Position numbers and translations under genes: made by a program. 64,000 nt of DNA from Mobula birostris. Taxonomy: Eukaryota. Below are positions 61,683 to 64,000 of the stretch, piece by piece. Under the pieces are notes generated by a model. It ran no database searches and was not told where the DNA came from. It saw only the letters and a program-made list of their open reading frames with translations. The stretch's first letter is position 1. Every line of letters starts with the position of its first letter. The DNA lies in the NCBI RefSeq assembly GCF_030028105.1, contig NC_092380.1:69995717-70059716 (forward strand), read 5' to 3'.

Positions 61683-61845
61683 GAATCGGGCGACAAAGAT
61701 GGGATCTACATTGAGCAAGATCCGAAGGAAGGCTAACTTAGAGGGCCGAGTTAAATAAGGGACTGCCCTAGCTGAAGTGGGGGTAGAGTCCGGATTAAAT
61801 TAAGGGGCTACCCTTGCTGAAAGGGGGCTAGTGCCTGAATGGAAC

Positions 61846-63066
61846 TGTCATGGTCCGGTCCGTGAAGTCTGTATTCCGGTTCACGGTCCAGTCCATAGTC
61901 CCTTATTCCAGGGTTTCTGGTTTTCCCCAGTTTCTGTTGTAGGCACATGATTCTCGTTTTGGGGCTGAGACATAAGTACCTCTGCAAACCAGGGATTCCC
62001 TGCTGGACTGTTCTGCTCCCCTCCTTGTCTTTCCCCCCTTGCCTGACTCTCTGCCTGGATACCCTGTATACCCCACCTGTATCCCTAAAGTTTTACTGCC
62101 GGAACAAGACCGGAGCCTTGTTAGGTCAAGATAAGGAACTGTCTTTCGTTGTGTGGAATTGTCTCTCTGTGTCCACGCCTTCGCTAGGTAGGTCCAGCCA
62201 TTTGCCATTACCTAGTGTTGGGAACTGTCTCTTGTGTCTTCGCCTTCACTAGGTGGGTTCGGCCATTTGCCGCCACCTTGTGTTGAGATCTGTCTCTTCA
62301 TGTTCAGCGTTCTGTGTATGAGTCCCGGACCTACGTCCTGTTCCCAAGGAGGGGTCCCGGCTCTGTGTTCCATGCTCCCGTCTCTTCTAGCCCAAGGCTC
62401 CGTGCTCCTGAAGGCCCTCGTCCAGTCCAGTCCTCTCCGAGTCCTGTCCATGTGCCTTTAACTGTCCTCGTGTCTTGCTCTACTCAGGAGTTCCTCACCC
62501 AAGCCATGTCCAGTCCCGTAGCCTTGTCTTGTCCTCGCCTAGTTCTGGAGTCCAAGCCCGAGTCAAGTCCCAGATTCTGGGTCCTTGCCCAGTCTCTGGC
62601 TCGGAGTCCATACCTCAAGCCTCAAGACCCAAGCCTGTCTCCGAGCCCCCAGCTTCAAGACCCCAAGCCTCCAGCCTCAAGACCCCAGCCTGTCTCCAAG
62701 CCTCAAGCCTCAAGACCCCAGCCACGTCCTGTCCTGCAGCCATGTAATGTCTTTGCCTAGTTCTGGAGTCGGAGCCCGAGGCAAGACCCAGGTTCTGGGT
62801 CCTTGTCCAGTCTCTGGCTCGGAGTCCAAGCACAGGCACCTAGTTCATAGTTCCTTGTCCTGGTCCCGCTTTCCCAAGCCCAGGCACTTAGTTTGTAGTT
62901 CCTTGTCTGGGTTCCCTGTCTAGTCCATGTCCTGGCCCTAGTCCGCGTTCTTGTCCCTGCTCCTTGTCTGTATCCTGTCACGTCCCTATTCTGGTCAAGT
63001 CCTATTCCTTGTACTTCAGTGTCTGTGTCTTGCATTTGGATCCGTTCCCAACGCCCCACTGGGACA
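61846..63066 (+). mobile_element. Solo LTR (1221 bp) with 5-bp TSD, nested in the previous element
   Basis: TGTCA...GGACA termini, TSD GGAAC at 61841-61845 and 63067-63071. Removing it restores the host repeat ggaactgcactagctgaagtgggggtag. Contains internal tandem repeats. Confidence 0.82.
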
Positions 63067-63330
63067 GGAACTGCACTAGCTGAAGTGGGGGTAGTTAGCA
63101 AAACCTCCCTGGGAGAAGGGAAGGTAGTCGGTAGCCTAGGGTCCGGCCAGTGACTCAGAGTAAGCTAAGATGCCTGCACGGCTGAGGCTGGAAAAAGACC
63201 TGAGAAGAAAACAAGCTAGAGCTACGAGAAAAAGAGAAGGACAAAAGAAAAGAAAAGCGTAGCTACGGGGAAAAAGTAAGAGGAGACTTTGAGGTTCATA
63301 GATGGAGGTTCAGTGAGCGCTCATTGTGTA

Positions 63331-63903
63331 CATTGGGTGGATGGGGTGTCAGGGAGGGGTAGCACCTCTGGTGGGGTAACATGTCGCGTCCTTTTCAAGG
63401 CGGTTAGTCCACCTTTGGTCCCCACCTGGCACTCAGCTCTCACCTGTGGCTCCCTGTAGCTGTTTGCATGCAACAGCGGCCACACACCGGGCAACGGCTT
63501 CAACAAGCCGGCTAAACCAGGTGAGGGTAGCTGACGGGTCTCAAACCCTCGGTGAGATAGGGAATTGTCTATCCCTGCACGTGAAGACAGACTCCAGCGG
63601 ATTGAGCGGACGAGACCAATGGAAGGCCCAATGGTCAAGAAGGCAGTCTCTGCAAGAGTCGTGGAACGTGTAGAGCAGGACAAGACACAGAAGGTGTCCT
63701 GGTCATCCACTGCGCCTAGTCCCATCTCCAGCCGTCTCGGCTCTGTCTTGCCACTGGATCCAGATGGGAATTGGGAAGAGAGTGAGGCTGACGCTGCACA
63801 ACTCTCCCTCACTTAAATCCAAGTCACGCGCTAGTCTCGACACCATCAATAATGGTGTCGAGGTCCTCATCGACGTATGATGGACGAACAACAACAACAA
63901 CAA
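63331..63903 (+). mobile_element. Non-coding retroposon (SINE-like) with a 3' stem-loop and (CAA)n tail
   Basis: 11-bp perfect stem at 63836-63862, (CAA)6 tail, imperfect TSD cattgtgta / cattgtgtgta. Confidence 0.65.
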
Positions 63904-64000
63904 CATTGTGTGTATAAAGAAACTCTGCTTTCTTAACTGTAATTAAAATCCTAAACAGGAAAAATGGGAAGTGCCAGCAGTCGACTGGCTAGCGCTGATC

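Noticed and set aside
62450-62950. Regularly spaced repeats resembling a CRISPR-like array
   Set aside because: Eukaryotic LTR-internal tandem duplications without unique spacers or cas genes.
62212-63101. Pro/Ser-rich ORFs of 75-148 aa
   Set aside because: Translations of the internal tandem repeats of a solo LTR.
61683-63320. Link between the gag remnant here and the Gag-derived tail of human NCR3LG1
   Set aside because: This element is upstream of the gene, on the opposite strand, decayed and Gypsy-like; it has no connection to the coding exons.

Overview
Vertebrate genomic DNA. The repeat families and divergent orthologues point to a cartilaginous fish, probably a ray, but this is inference. 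The window keeps the gene order of human 11p15.1. On the + strand are the last exons of a sulfonylurea receptor gene (ABCC8/SUR1 by synteny) and an intronless KCNJ11/Kir6.2 (16468-17610). Convergent on the - strand is a 10-exon NCR3LG1/B7-H6-like gene (60170 to 33037). Two observations stand out. (1) The B7-H6-like gene splices in one frame as signal peptide, IgV, IgC1, a transmembrane exon at 49309-49425 that the ORF track does not list, then six more IgC1-type exons (965 aa). This predicts a receptor with a tandem array of cytoplasmic Ig domains, or a secreted 8-domain form if the symmetric TM exon is skipped. (2) The SUR gene has two alternative terminal coding exons: a SUR2A-like exon (8379-8513) upstream of the usual SUR1/SUR2B-like exon (8712-8849). 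That A/B switch is known for mammalian ABCC9, not ABCC8. The rest is dense transposon sequence: CR1, L1, L2/Rex1-like fragments, a full-length RNase H-bearing I/Nimb-like LINE, Penelope-like elements with minimal hammerhead ribozymes, hAT and pogo MITEs, SINEs and nested LTR elements. All gene models were assembled by eye from splice signals and protein comparisons recalled from memory; no alignments or searches were run.
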